Shown here one piece after another: positions 26,073-34,164 of a stretch of DNA of 56,758 nucleotides. The stretch is from Clostridia bacterium (GTDB taxonomy: Bacteria > Bacillota > Clostridia > Christensenellales > Borkfalkiaceae), in contig JAAUYT010000021.1 of assembly GCA_014804975.1 (NCBI GenBank), positions 1 to 56,758 of the forward strand, given 5' to 3'. The position numbers were made by a program, and so were the translations under genes. How positions within the stretch are numbered: position 1 is the stretch's first letter; each line of letters starts with the position of its first letter. Below the pieces are notes generated by a model. The model was not told where the DNA came from. It searched no databases and was given only the letters and a program-made list of their open reading frames with translations.

Positions 26073-28457
26073 ATGAGTAAGGTTAAAAAACGTTGGATCA
26101 CAATCATATCGCTGTTTGCGGCGCTCTTTTTGATTTTGGGGCTCGCACTCGGCTTGCCGAAGGTATCGGCTTTTGCAAGCAATTACGCGCCTACGAGCAT
26201 ATTCTCGGCGGGCACGGGCGGAGAGGTCGGTTCGGGTAAAGAGAGCGACGACGCAGAGAAGTCGTACGTTCAGTTCACTTTTTCCGATAACGGCAAAGTG
26301 CATTTCCGCCGCGACCTCGCGTTGAAGTGGTACGAAGGGAAAGATGACGTTAAATATTTTTCCATGACTTTTTCTTTCGGGGATATTAACTTTAAAGAGT
26401 TTACGATTGAATTCGAGAGTGCGGAAGAGAATATTTCCAAAGACGGCAAGGCGACGAACTCGATCGCATTTACGAAGAAAGAAGACGGCGGTCTCGATAT
26501 ATCCGTAAACGGAGAGAAATCAGCTGTTTCCATTGCAAAAGAAGATATCAAAGGTGATATCACGATTGCGCTTGACGAAGACGATGATTGCAAGAGCGGC
26601 GAATTTGCCGTATTAGTGAATACGAAAAAGGCGGGTACGTTCGAGAATATCGGCGGTTACTATTTGGAATACCGTTCTTCCTCTTCCTCCACGCCCAACA
26701 CGCCCATTACTTTTACGGCGACGTTTGACGAAAATGCGGAAGAGACGGATTCAAGCAAGAAACAGTCCCTTTTCATGAAGTCGCTCAACAAACAGTCGAT
26801 GGTAGTGGTTGGCGAGAATAACAGAGTGGATGACAATGCGCCCGCGGTGCTCGTTCTCAACGACGAGGTTTATTCGTTTAAGCTCGGACAGAAGTTCTCG
26901 CTCTCCTACAAGGCGATCGACGTGTGCGACGACAGCGTTTCCGTAACGCGCGAATATTATATGCTCAAAACTGAGGGCGAAACGAATTATCTGCCCAACG
27001 AAAAAGAGTTGAAGGACGAAGAGGGCGAAGGCGGTAAAAAATACTCGGCATACAATTATAAAACGCTTACGACTTCTACCTACTTCCTGCCCTCGCAGGA
27101 GAACGACAAGCAGGTGGAATGGGTATCCATTCGTTTTAGGCTGAACGACGACACGAAGGAGCACGACGATACCTACGTCTATCTGAGCTGGTATGCGGCA
27201 AAGAACGTGGAGGAAGATTCCGTAACGAAACTCATAACGGGTATTGCCTATAAGGAAGTCGATGAAGGCGACACCAATAGCGACAATAAAGTAGTTAAGA
27301 AGTTTGAGAACGAGACGCTTGACTTTATTAAAGTCGACCGCCAAAAAGAAGGACCCTATTATAACTATCTCGAAGCAAAAAACGGCGAAAATAAAGTAGA
27401 TACCGAAAACGAAACGGCATTTAAAGCGGCAGTCGACAATTATAAGAAAGAACTTGAAGCTGCGGCAGAAAAAACGAGTGCGGGTACGGGCGCATACATC
27501 TATCTTCCCTCCCTGCGCGATCTCATCAAGAGCGATTTCGCAGGTTACAGAAATCTGAAATTCAGTATCTATTACTATAAAGAGGGTTCGTCGTCTGCAT
27601 CGTCGCAGACCTCCCTCAGCTACAACGCGTTAAAGATCGAAGTTACCGAAAAGGGCGTCTACAAATTCCGTGTGCTCGCACAGGACGCTTCGAGCAACGC
27701 TATGCAGTATTATCTGGACGGCGAGCTTGTGACCGTTTCGAGCAGCAATATCTGGGACATCGAAGGAATTCCCGAATTTACGTTCGAAATCGACTACACG
27801 GGACCTACGATCGAGGAGACCGAAGAGCAGAGCTTAGGTTACAGAAACGATACCTACAATTTCGGTAAATTCGATGTTGTTGCGCTTACGGGCTATCAAA
27901 CGAAGTACAAGCTCTATCGCTATGACAGCATAAACGCTGCCGCATATACGGGCAACAAGCCGAGCTCCTATTCCGATTTTGTAAAGAATGCGGAGAAATA
28001 CTTCAAAGCGTTCAAAGCGTACGACGATTCGCTCACGGATAACGACAAAAAGATTCTCCACGAAATCAGCCCCTTCGATAGTGACGTCGACGAGGACGAC
28101 GAGGCAAAGTGGAACAGAACGGATAACGATTACTATTGGGATCCCGATTCGTCGCTCTCCTTCGTTCCGCAGGAAACAGGGTTCTACATTCTTACGCTGA
28201 ACGTCGAAGACAGCGTGCTCCCCGGTCAAGGTGCGGAAGGGTTCCAGGTAGTCGAAGTCAGAAACCCGATCGATACCATTCCCAGTCAGTCGCAGTGGCT
28301 TGAAGAGAACGTAGTTTCCGTCGTACTCTTTGCGATTTCGGGCGTGCTCGCCATCATCGTCGTGGTGCTCTTCCTTGTGAAGCCCTCCGAGAAGAAGGTG
28401 GAAGGAGTCGACCTTGAAAAGCTCAAAGGCAAAAAGAAAAAGACCCAAAAGAAATAA
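26073..28457 (+). CDS. Large acidic cell-surface protein: N-terminal signal/anchor, jelly-roll-like plus Ig-like regions, C-terminal TM and Lys-rich tail
   Basis: 794-aa ORF with GGAG RBS. N-terminal hydrophobic WITIISLFAALFLILGLALGL. C-terminal VVSVVLFAISGVLAIIVVVLFLV followed by KGKKKKTQKK. Adhesin-like strands (VYKFRVLAQDASSNA, FEIDYTGPTI). No LPXTG. Confidence 0.6.
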   Translation: MSKVKKRWITIISLFAALFLILGLALGLPKVSAFASNYAPTSIFSAGTGGEVGSGKESDDAEKSYVQFTFSDNGKVHFRRDLALKWYEGKDDVKYFSMTFSFGDINFKEFTIEFESAEENISKDGKATNSIAFTKKEDGGLDISVNGEKSAVSIAKEDIKGDITIALDEDDDCKSGEFAVLVNTKKAGTFENIGGYYLEYRSSSSSTPNTPITFTATFDENAEETDSSKKQSLFMKSLNKQSMVVVGENNRVDDNAPAVLVLNDEVYSFKLGQKFSLSYKAIDVCDDSVSVTREYYMLKTEGETNYLPNEKELKDEEGEGGKKYSAYNYKTLTTSTYFLPSQENDKQVEWVSIRFRLNDDTKEHDDTYVYLSWYAAKNVEEDSVTKLITGIAYKEVDEGDTNSDNKVVKKFENETLDFIKVDRQKEGPYYNYLEAKNGENKVDTENETAFKAAVDNYKKELEAAAEKTSAGTGAYIYLPSLRDLIKSDFAGYRNLKFSIYYYKEGSSSASSQTSLSYNALKIEVTEKGVYKFRVLAQDASSNAMQYYLDGELVTVSSSNIWDIEGIPEFTFEIDYTGPTIEETEEQSLGYRNDTYNFGKFDVVALTGYQTKYKLYRYDSINAAAYTGNKPSSYSDFVKNAEKYFKAFKAYDDSLTDNDKKILHEISPFDSDVDEDDEAKWNRTDNDYYWDPDSSLSFVPQETGFYILTLNVEDSVLPGQGAEGFQVVEVRNPIDTIPSQSQWLEENVVSVVLFAISGVLAIIVVVLFLVKPSEKKVEGVDLEKLKGKKKKTQKK

Positions 28458-28462
28458 GTTTA

Positions 28463-28495
28463 AAACCCGCCTTTCCAAACGAAAGGCGGGTTTTT
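28463..28495 (+). terminator. Rho-independent terminator after the surface-protein gene
   Basis: 13-bp stem aaacccgcctttc / gaaaggcgggttt, 5-nt loop, T-run. Confidence 0.8.
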
Positions 28496-28541
28496 GAATA
28501 ATACGCCGCCGATTGCAGATACTTGTATCGGAGGCAGAGAT

Positions 28542-28787
28542 ATGGTTATAGCAAATCTTATTTCTTATATTCTCGTTCTTCTCGGTGCGGTAAACTGGGG
28601 GCTCTACGGAATTTTCAATTTCAACCTTGTTTCCGCAATCTTCATGGGACCCCGCAGCGTGGGCTCGATCATCGTATATTCGATTATCCTGCTTGCGGCG
28701 ATCTGGCTCATCATTTCTCCGATCATCACGAACGGAGCGTTGAAGTTGAGAGGGAACAGAAAGGTGCGTGAAACGAACAACGCATAA
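28542..28787 (+). CDS. DUF378-family small membrane protein
   Basis: GAVNWGLYGIFNFNLV signature. GGAGG RBS upstream of the ATG at 28542. Two TM segments. Confidence 0.7.
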   Translation: MVIANLISYILVLLGAVNWGLYGIFNFNLVSAIFMGPRSVGSIIVYSIILLAAIWLIISPIITNGALKLRGNRKVRETNNA

Positions 28788-28800
28788 AAAAACGCAAATA

Positions 28801-28837
28801 CGGACAGGGCATAAAAACAGCCCCGTCCGCATTTTTT
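28801..28837 (+). terminator. Rho-independent terminator after the DUF378 gene
   Basis: cggacagggc / gccccgtccg stem (one mismatch) followed by TTTTTT. Confidence 0.6.
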
Positions 28838-28842
28838 ATATT

Positions 28843-29067
28843 ATGAACGTTTGCGATATGAAGGCAGGGGAAGAGGCGCTCGTCGAAGAGATCGCACTTT
28901 CGGACGAAGTCAAAGAAAGATTTCGTTATCTGAACGTTACGGCGGGCGCACCTCTTACTCTGTTGAAAGTTTCCTTTTTCAAAAAAACTTATCTCATACA
29001 GGCACGGAGCGCAAAAATAGCAATCGGCAGAGAGGTCGCAGAGGGGATCAAGGTATGCAGGAAATAA
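28843..29067 (+). CDS. feoA: Ferrous iron transport protein A
   Basis: 74-aa SH3-like FeoA pattern (MKAGEEALVEEI...LNVTAGAPLTLLK...IAIGREVAEGIKV) directly upstream of, and overlapping, feoB. The start could also be the ATG at 28858. Confidence 0.75.
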   Translation: MNVCDMKAGEEALVEEIALSDEVKERFRYLNVTAGAPLTLLKVSFFKKTYLIQARSAKIAIGREVAEGIKVCRK

Positions 29068-30851
29068 AGTTATTGCTTGTAGGAAACCCCAACGCGGGCA
29101 AGAGCACGCTCTTTAACAGGCTGACGGGCGGGCACGCAAAGGTTGGAAATTGGCACGGCGTTACCGTGGGCGTGCTCGAAAAGAAAATTGCGCTCAAAGG
29201 CGGCAAGGTCACGGTGTGCGATCTTCCCGGTATCTATGCCGAGGACGCGCTGAGCATGGAAGAAAAGCTTGCCGTATCCTACATAAAGAAAGAGGAGAAC
29301 GCGCCCCTCGTTTTCGTATCTGAGTGCGCCTCTCTCGACAGGTCTCTGCCGCTCTTTACCCGTCTTGCCAAGGGGCGCAGGGCAATGCTCGTTTTAACCA
29401 AGGAAAAGCGTTTCGTGCGCGGAGGCGGACTTGTCGATATCAAAGAACTGACAAAGCGTTTAAATATCCCCGTTATTTCTGCGGAGAAATACAATAAAAA
29501 AGCGCTTTTAAAAGTAGTGGACGAATTTCTCTTTTCGCCGCAGAAGGTCTTTAAAGGGTGCGAAAACGTAATCGATACTTCCGTCTTTCGGCCCGAAAAG
29601 GCGGGGCTTTCCCGTGCGGATAAGCTCTTAACGAACGGTTGGTTCTGCTTTCCCTTCTTTTTCGTTTTACTGCTTGCCGCCTTTTTTATCACCTTTTATC
29701 CCAATTTGTTGGGCGACTTTTTAAAGAACGGGCTTGAATCGCTTTTTACAGAAAAGCTCGCTTCCTATGCTGATAAAATCACTTCGCCCGTTTTGCGCTC
29801 CTTCGTAAAAGACGGACTGTTATCGAGTGTGGGCGGAGTCTTGGGGTTTCTTCCGCAGATCGCGCTTTTGTATCTGTTTTTGATTCTTTTGGAAGAGAGC
29901 GGGCTTATGTCCCGCCTTGCCGTGCTCACGGACGGCGCGTTCTCGAAGGTGGGCTTGAACGGAAGAGCGGCGTTTTCGCTTTTAATGGGCTTCGGCTGCA
30001 CGGCGGCTGCAATCGCCACCACGCGCGGGCTCGACGATAAAAGAGTACAGAGAAGGGTCGTTCTTTGCCTTCCCTATATTTCGTGCAGTGCAAAGCTTCC
30101 CGTGTATCTTGCGCTGTCCACGTCCTTTTTTAAAAATCCCTTCGTTGCGGTCGTTTTGTTGTATGCGCTCGGCGTGGGGCTGTCGTTTATCGTCGCGCTC
30201 TTCTTAAAGGAGAAAAAACGCGAACCCTTCTTGCTCGAACTTGCACCTTTACAAATTCCGCGCCCCGCATTCGTGATAAAATCCTTGCTCTTTCAGGTAA
30301 AACAGTTTATAATAAAGGTGGCGACGGTCATTCTGGCGTTCTTCCTCTTTTCGTGGTTTTTATCCTCGTTCGATTTTTCGTTCAGGTTCTGCGGAGCGGA
30401 GGGGAGTATGCTCGCCACCTTATGCGGGGCGTTCAAATACCTGTTTGCGCCCATCGGTATGAACGATTGGCGTATCGCCTACGCCGCGCTTTCGGGGCTC
30501 ATTGCAAAGGAGAACGTTGCGGGATCGCTCTATATGTTCTTCGGCGGTGCACTTCCTTACGGGGCTAAGAGCGCGTTCGCATTCGCCGTGTTCATGCTGG
30601 CAACGTCGCCCTGCGTATCCGCGATCGCGGCAAGCGCGCGGGAAGTGGGCAAGAGAAGAGCGGTTCTCTACGCCGCCGTACAGACGGGGAGCGCACTGCT
30701 CCTGTCGTACGTGACCTATTTTGCACTCTCGTTCGGAACGGCGTGTATCTTTATTTTGCCCGTTCTCTTCGCAATCTTAATTTTGGGGAAGAAGACCTTT
30801 GAAAACTTACGAAGCAAAAGAAAACGTAAATTTAAAAACGTTCACCGATAA
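29055..30851 (+). CDS. feoB: Ferrous iron transport protein B
   Basis: Starts MQEIKLLLVGNPNAGKSTLFN (G1), DLPGIY. Polytopic gate-domain C-terminal region. The 68 codons upstream in the track ORF overlap feoA and are not part of the protein. Confidence 0.9.
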   Translation: MQEIKLLLVGNPNAGKSTLFNRLTGGHAKVGNWHGVTVGVLEKKIALKGGKVTVCDLPGIYAEDALSMEEKLAVSYIKKEENAPLVFVSECASLDRSLPLFTRLAKGRRAMLVLTKEKRFVRGGGLVDIKELTKRLNIPVISAEKYNKKALLKVVDEFLFSPQKVFKGCENVIDTSVFRPEKAGLSRADKLLTNGWFCFPFFFVLLLAAFFITFYPNLLGDFLKNGLESLFTEKLASYADKITSPVLRSFVKDGLLSSVGGVLGFLPQIALLYLFLILLEESGLMSRLAVLTDGAFSKVGLNGRAAFSLLMGFGCTAAAIATTRGLDDKRVQRRVVLCLPYISCSAKLPVYLALSTSFFKNPFVAVVLLYALGVGLSFIVALFLKEKKREPFLLELAPLQIPRPAFVIKSLLFQVKQFIIKVATVILAFFLFSWFLSSFDFSFRFCGAEGSMLATLCGAFKYLFAPIGMNDWRIAYAALSGLIAKENVAGSLYMFFGGALPYGAKSAFAFAVFMLATSPCVSAIAASAREVGKRRAVLYAAVQTGSALLLSYVTYFALSFGTACIFILPVLFAILILGKKTFENLRSKRKRKFKNVHR

Positions 30852-31602
30852 CGTTTCGGCGCAGGCCTCGTTCCGCTTCCGCATTCTCTTAAAAGAGGGC
30901 AGGATCAAAGTGAACGGCAAGCGCGTGAACTGCGACTGTCCGCTCGCCAAGGGCGACAGGGTCGATTACCTTCTTACCGCCAAAGAGGAGTCTAAAGAGG
31001 CGTTTACCGTGCTCTACGAAGACGACAACGTTATCGTTATCGATAAGGAAGACGGAGTTAATTCGGAGGCGGTCTATTCCGCGCTCTCGGAAAAAGGCGA
31101 AGCGTATTTTATTCACCGCCTCGATCGGAACACGGCGGGCGTTATGATCTTTGCCAAAACGAAGGAAGCGGAAGGGGAGCTTCTCTCCGCGTTCCGCGCT
31201 CGCCTTACGAAGAAGATTTATTTGGCGCTTGTCGTAGGAAAAATGCCTAAGAAGCACGCCGTTGAGGAGGCGTGTCTCGAAAAGGACGAAAGGCGTTCGC
31301 TCGTGCGCATTTCCAAGGACAGGGGCGAAAAGATCGTGACCGAGTACGAGGTTTTGGAAGAGCGGGAAGAGACGAGCCTTTTGCGCGTGACCCTGCACAC
31401 GGGCAAGACCCACCAGATACGCGCTCACCTTGCCTATTTAGGCGCACCCGTCGCGGGGGACACCAAGTACGGGAACGATAGCTTCAACCGCGCCCACAAC
31501 CTTACGCGCCAACGCCTTGTCGCCAAAGAACTTAGCTTGGAGCTTGCGGGCGGGCTTGCATATTTAAGCGGAAGGGTTTTCCGCTCACCGCGAGAAATTT
31601 AA
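30799..31602 (+). CDS. RluA-family pseudouridine synthase with an S4-like N-terminal domain
   Basis: HRLDRNTAGVMIFAKT and GKTHQIRAH. TTG start inside the 3' end of feoB. No in-frame ATG until after the S4-like domain. Confidence 0.8.
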   Translation: MKTYEAKENVNLKTFTDNVSAQASFRFRILLKEGRIKVNGKRVNCDCPLAKGDRVDYLLTAKEESKEAFTVLYEDDNVIVIDKEDGVNSEAVYSALSEKGEAYFIHRLDRNTAGVMIFAKTKEAEGELLSAFRARLTKKIYLALVVGKMPKKHAVEEACLEKDERRSLVRISKDRGEKIVTEYEVLEEREETSLLRVTLHTGKTHQIRAHLAYLGAPVAGDTKYGNDSFNRAHNLTRQRLVAKELSLELAGGLAYLSGRVFRSPREI

Positions 31603-31621
31603 AAATTTTTTCAAAAAACGC

Positions 31622-31650
31622 TTGACAGGCGTTTTTTCTTGTGGTAATAT
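31622..31650 (+). promoter_or_regulatory. Sigma-70-type promoter of the arsR-family/ATPase operon
   Basis: TTGACA, 17-nt spacer, TAATAT. Confidence 0.5.
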
Positions 31651-31669
31651 ATGAACAGTTATTCATATA
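31648..31669. promoter_or_regulatory. Putative ArsR/SmtB-type operator (imperfect inverted repeat)
   Basis: tATATGAAcagttaTTCATATa. The 8-nt arms are exact reverse complements. The site overlaps the -10 and the transcription start. Confidence 0.5.
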
Positions 31670-31689
31670 CTAATATACAGAGGTAAGTT

Positions 31690-32043
31690 ATGGAATGTAA
31701 TCACGAAGAAGCGCACGAGCTTTCTGCAAAGCGCGCTAAGGAAAATATGCCGACGAATGAGAGCATCGAAAAGCTCTCCGCCCAGTTTAAGGCAATCAGC
31801 GAGCCGAGCAGATTAAAAATTTTGCTTGCGCTCCGCGAAGGGGAGATGTGCGTGTATCATATCGTCGAGGCGGTAGGGGGCAATCAGAGCGCCGTTTCGC
31901 ATCAGCTCAGAATTTTGCGCGACAACCGCATTATTAAAGCGCGGCGGGACGGGCAGAATATCGTATATTCGCTTGCGGACGCGCATATCCTCGCCGTGTT
32001 GGAGCTTGCACTCGCGCATATAGGTTGTAAGGAGGAGTTATGA
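31690..32043 (+). CDS. ArsR/SmtB-family metalloregulatory repressor
   Basis: Winged-HTH region SRLKILLALREGEMCVYHIVEAVGGNQSAVSHQLRILR. ATGA overlap with the downstream ATPase. Confidence 0.85.
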   Translation: MECNHEEAHELSAKRAKENMPTNESIEKLSAQFKAISEPSRLKILLALREGEMCVYHIVEAVGGNQSAVSHQLRILRDNRIIKARRDGQNIVYSLADAHILAVLELALAHIGCKEEL

Positions 32044-34112
32044 AAAAGGTCATTAAGATTCGCAATCTCGACTGCGCGGCGTGCGCACTTGAATTGCAGG
32101 ACGAATTAAAGGAAATCAAGGGCGTAGAGGAAGTGCAGGTCGATTTTATGACCCAGCGCGTCAGCCTCTCTCTTGCGGACGAAACCGCAGAAGAGAGCGA
32201 GGAAAAAGCGAGATATACGATATCCCATTTCGAGGAAGTGGAAATCGTAGAAGGGAACGCGCCTCAAAAAAAGGAACGGCATATCAAGGAAATCGTAAGC
32301 CTTGCGGTAGCGATCGCGTTCTTTATCCCTGCGCTCGTCATCTCCTTTTTCGATAGTATCAACGAATGGGTGAGCTTCGGGCTGTATCTTGCTTCGTTCG
32401 CGGCGGCGGGCTGGTCAGTCGTCTGGACGGTCATCATGAATATCCCCAAAATCTTCAAGGGCGGGTTCCATTTGGGAATTTTATTGGACGAAAACCTTTT
32501 AATGACGATAGCGGCGGCGGGCGCGTTTGCGCTCAAAGAGAGTATGGAAGGCGCGATCGTCATGATCCTCTACGGAATCGGCGAGCTGTTGCAGTCGATT
32601 GCGGTGGGCTCGTCGCGCGGGGCTATCACAAAGCTTGCGTCCCTCAAAAGCGACGGCGCAATCCTTTTAAAAGACGGTAAAGAGGAAGAGGTGCTTCCCG
32701 AAGATTTGAAGGCGGGCGATACCATTCTTTTAAGAAAGGGGGATAAAGTTCCCGCGGACTGCAAATTACTTTCAGACTACGCCGAAATCGACGCGAAGTC
32801 CATGACGGGCGAAGCGTATTTACAGGAAAAGCACGCGGGCGACGAGCTGTTGTCGGGGTGCGTGAATGCGGGCGCGGCGGTCACGGCGGAGGTGTTGCGT
32901 CCCGAGCATGAGAGCGCGGCAGCAAAGATTTTGGAGCTTGTCGAGAACTCTTCCTCCAAAAAAGCGAAGCCCGAAAAGTTCATTACGAAGTTCGCAAGAA
33001 TTTATACGCCCGTCGTGGTGCTTCTTGCGATTCTCGTTGCGGTCGTGCCGCCCCTTTTAGACGGCTACAACTTTTCAAAGTGGATCATGACGGCGCTGAA
33101 TATCCTCGTTATTTCCTGCCCCTGCGCGCTCATCATCTCCGTTCCGCTCACCTATTTTTCGGGCGTAGGAACGCTTGCGCGGCACGGGGTGTTGACGAAG
33201 GGCGCAGTGTATCTCGATATCCTTGCGGGGATCAAGTGCGCTGCGTTCGATAAGACGGGAACGCTTACGGAAGGAAAGTTCACGGTAGCAAAAGTCAACG
33301 GCGACGAACGCGCGCTTGCGCTTGCCGCAGCTGCGGAGAAGTGCTCTTCCCACCCGCTCGCACAGGCGTTCAAGAGTGTGGAAGCGACGCGTGCAGAGAG
33401 TTGCGAAGAGATATCGGGCAGAGGGCTCAAAGCCGTTATAGATGGCAAACAGGTGCTTGTAGGAAGCCGTCGGCTCATGCAGGAAGAGGGAATCGAGTTT
33501 ACGGAGGCAGAAACCTCCCGCCTCGTCGTGTACGTTGCGGAGGAGGGGAAGTTCGTGGGCAGTATCGAAATCGACGACTGCGTAAGGGAGGATGCGAAGG
33601 AAGCGCTTTCCGAGCTCAAAAAGGCGGGCGTTCAGGAGATTGCCGTATTCACCGGCGACACGAGGGCGCGCGCGGAAGAGAGCTTAAAGGGGCTTCCGCT
33701 CGATACGATCGTGTCCGATTTGCTTCCCGCGCAAAAGGCGGAGGAGGCGGAAAGGCTCTCCAAAAAGGGAAAGCTCCTCTACGTGGGCGACGGCATCAAC
33801 GATACGCCCGTCATGAAGGCAAGTGACGTCGCCTGTTCTATGGGCGCGCTCGGGAGCGACGCAGCGATCGAGGCGAGCGATTTCGTGCTTGCAAGCGATA
33901 AGCTGTCCGCGCTTCCCAAGGCTGTCAAAGGCGCAAAGAAGACGCGCAGGATCGTTACGCAGAATATCGTGTTTTCAATCGCCGTAAAGGTTGCCTTAAT
34001 GGTTTTGTCCGTGCTGGGGTTCGTGCCTCTGTGGGCGGCGGTGTTGGGCGATACGGGCGTTATGCTATTGGCGGTTCTCAACTCCATGCGTATGCGCGCA
34101 AAATTGAAATGA
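32040..34112 (+). CDS. Heavy-metal P1B-type ATPase, Zn/Cd/Pb (P1B-2)-like
   Basis: N-terminal HMA with CAAC, TGEA, CPC in a TM helix (SCPCALIISVP), DKTGTLT, GDGINDTP, and late TM K...GDTG as in ZntA/CadA. Confidence 0.85.
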   Translation: MKKVIKIRNLDCAACALELQDELKEIKGVEEVQVDFMTQRVSLSLADETAEESEEKARYTISHFEEVEIVEGNAPQKKERHIKEIVSLAVAIAFFIPALVISFFDSINEWVSFGLYLASFAAAGWSVVWTVIMNIPKIFKGGFHLGILLDENLLMTIAAAGAFALKESMEGAIVMILYGIGELLQSIAVGSSRGAITKLASLKSDGAILLKDGKEEEVLPEDLKAGDTILLRKGDKVPADCKLLSDYAEIDAKSMTGEAYLQEKHAGDELLSGCVNAGAAVTAEVLRPEHESAAAKILELVENSSSKKAKPEKFITKFARIYTPVVVLLAILVAVVPPLLDGYNFSKWIMTALNILVISCPCALIISVPLTYFSGVGTLARHGVLTKGAVYLDILAGIKCAAFDKTGTLTEGKFTVAKVNGDERALALAAAAEKCSSHPLAQAFKSVEATRAESCEEISGRGLKAVIDGKQVLVGSRRLMQEEGIEFTEAETSRLVVYVAEEGKFVGSIEIDDCVREDAKEALSELKKAGVQEIAVFTGDTRARAEESLKGLPLDTIVSDLLPAQKAEEAERLSKKGKLLYVGDGINDTPVMKASDVACSMGALGSDAAIEASDFVLASDKLSALPKAVKGAKKTRRIVTQNIVFSIAVKVALMVLSVLGFVPLWAAVLGDTGVMLLAVLNSMRMRAKLK

Positions 34113-34120
34113 AATTGATA

Positions 34121-34148
34121 AAAGCGGCTTGATTACGAGCCGCTTTTA
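34121..34148 (+). terminator. Rho-independent terminator after the ATPase
   Basis: aaagcggct / agccgcttt stem plus T. Confidence 0.6.
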
Positions 34149-34164
34149 TGTTATAATTTATTTG

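Noticed and set aside
28788-28842. Fur box upstream of feoA.
   Set aside because: There is no 19-bp GATAATGATAATCATTATC-like palindrome. The spacer is mostly occupied by the DUF378 terminator.
28851-29054. N-terminal 68-codon extension of the feoB ORF in the supplied track.
   Set aside because: The extension overlaps feoA in another frame and is Arg/Gly-rich nonsense. The canonical FeoB G-domain start MQEIKLLLVGNPNAGKS begins at 29055.
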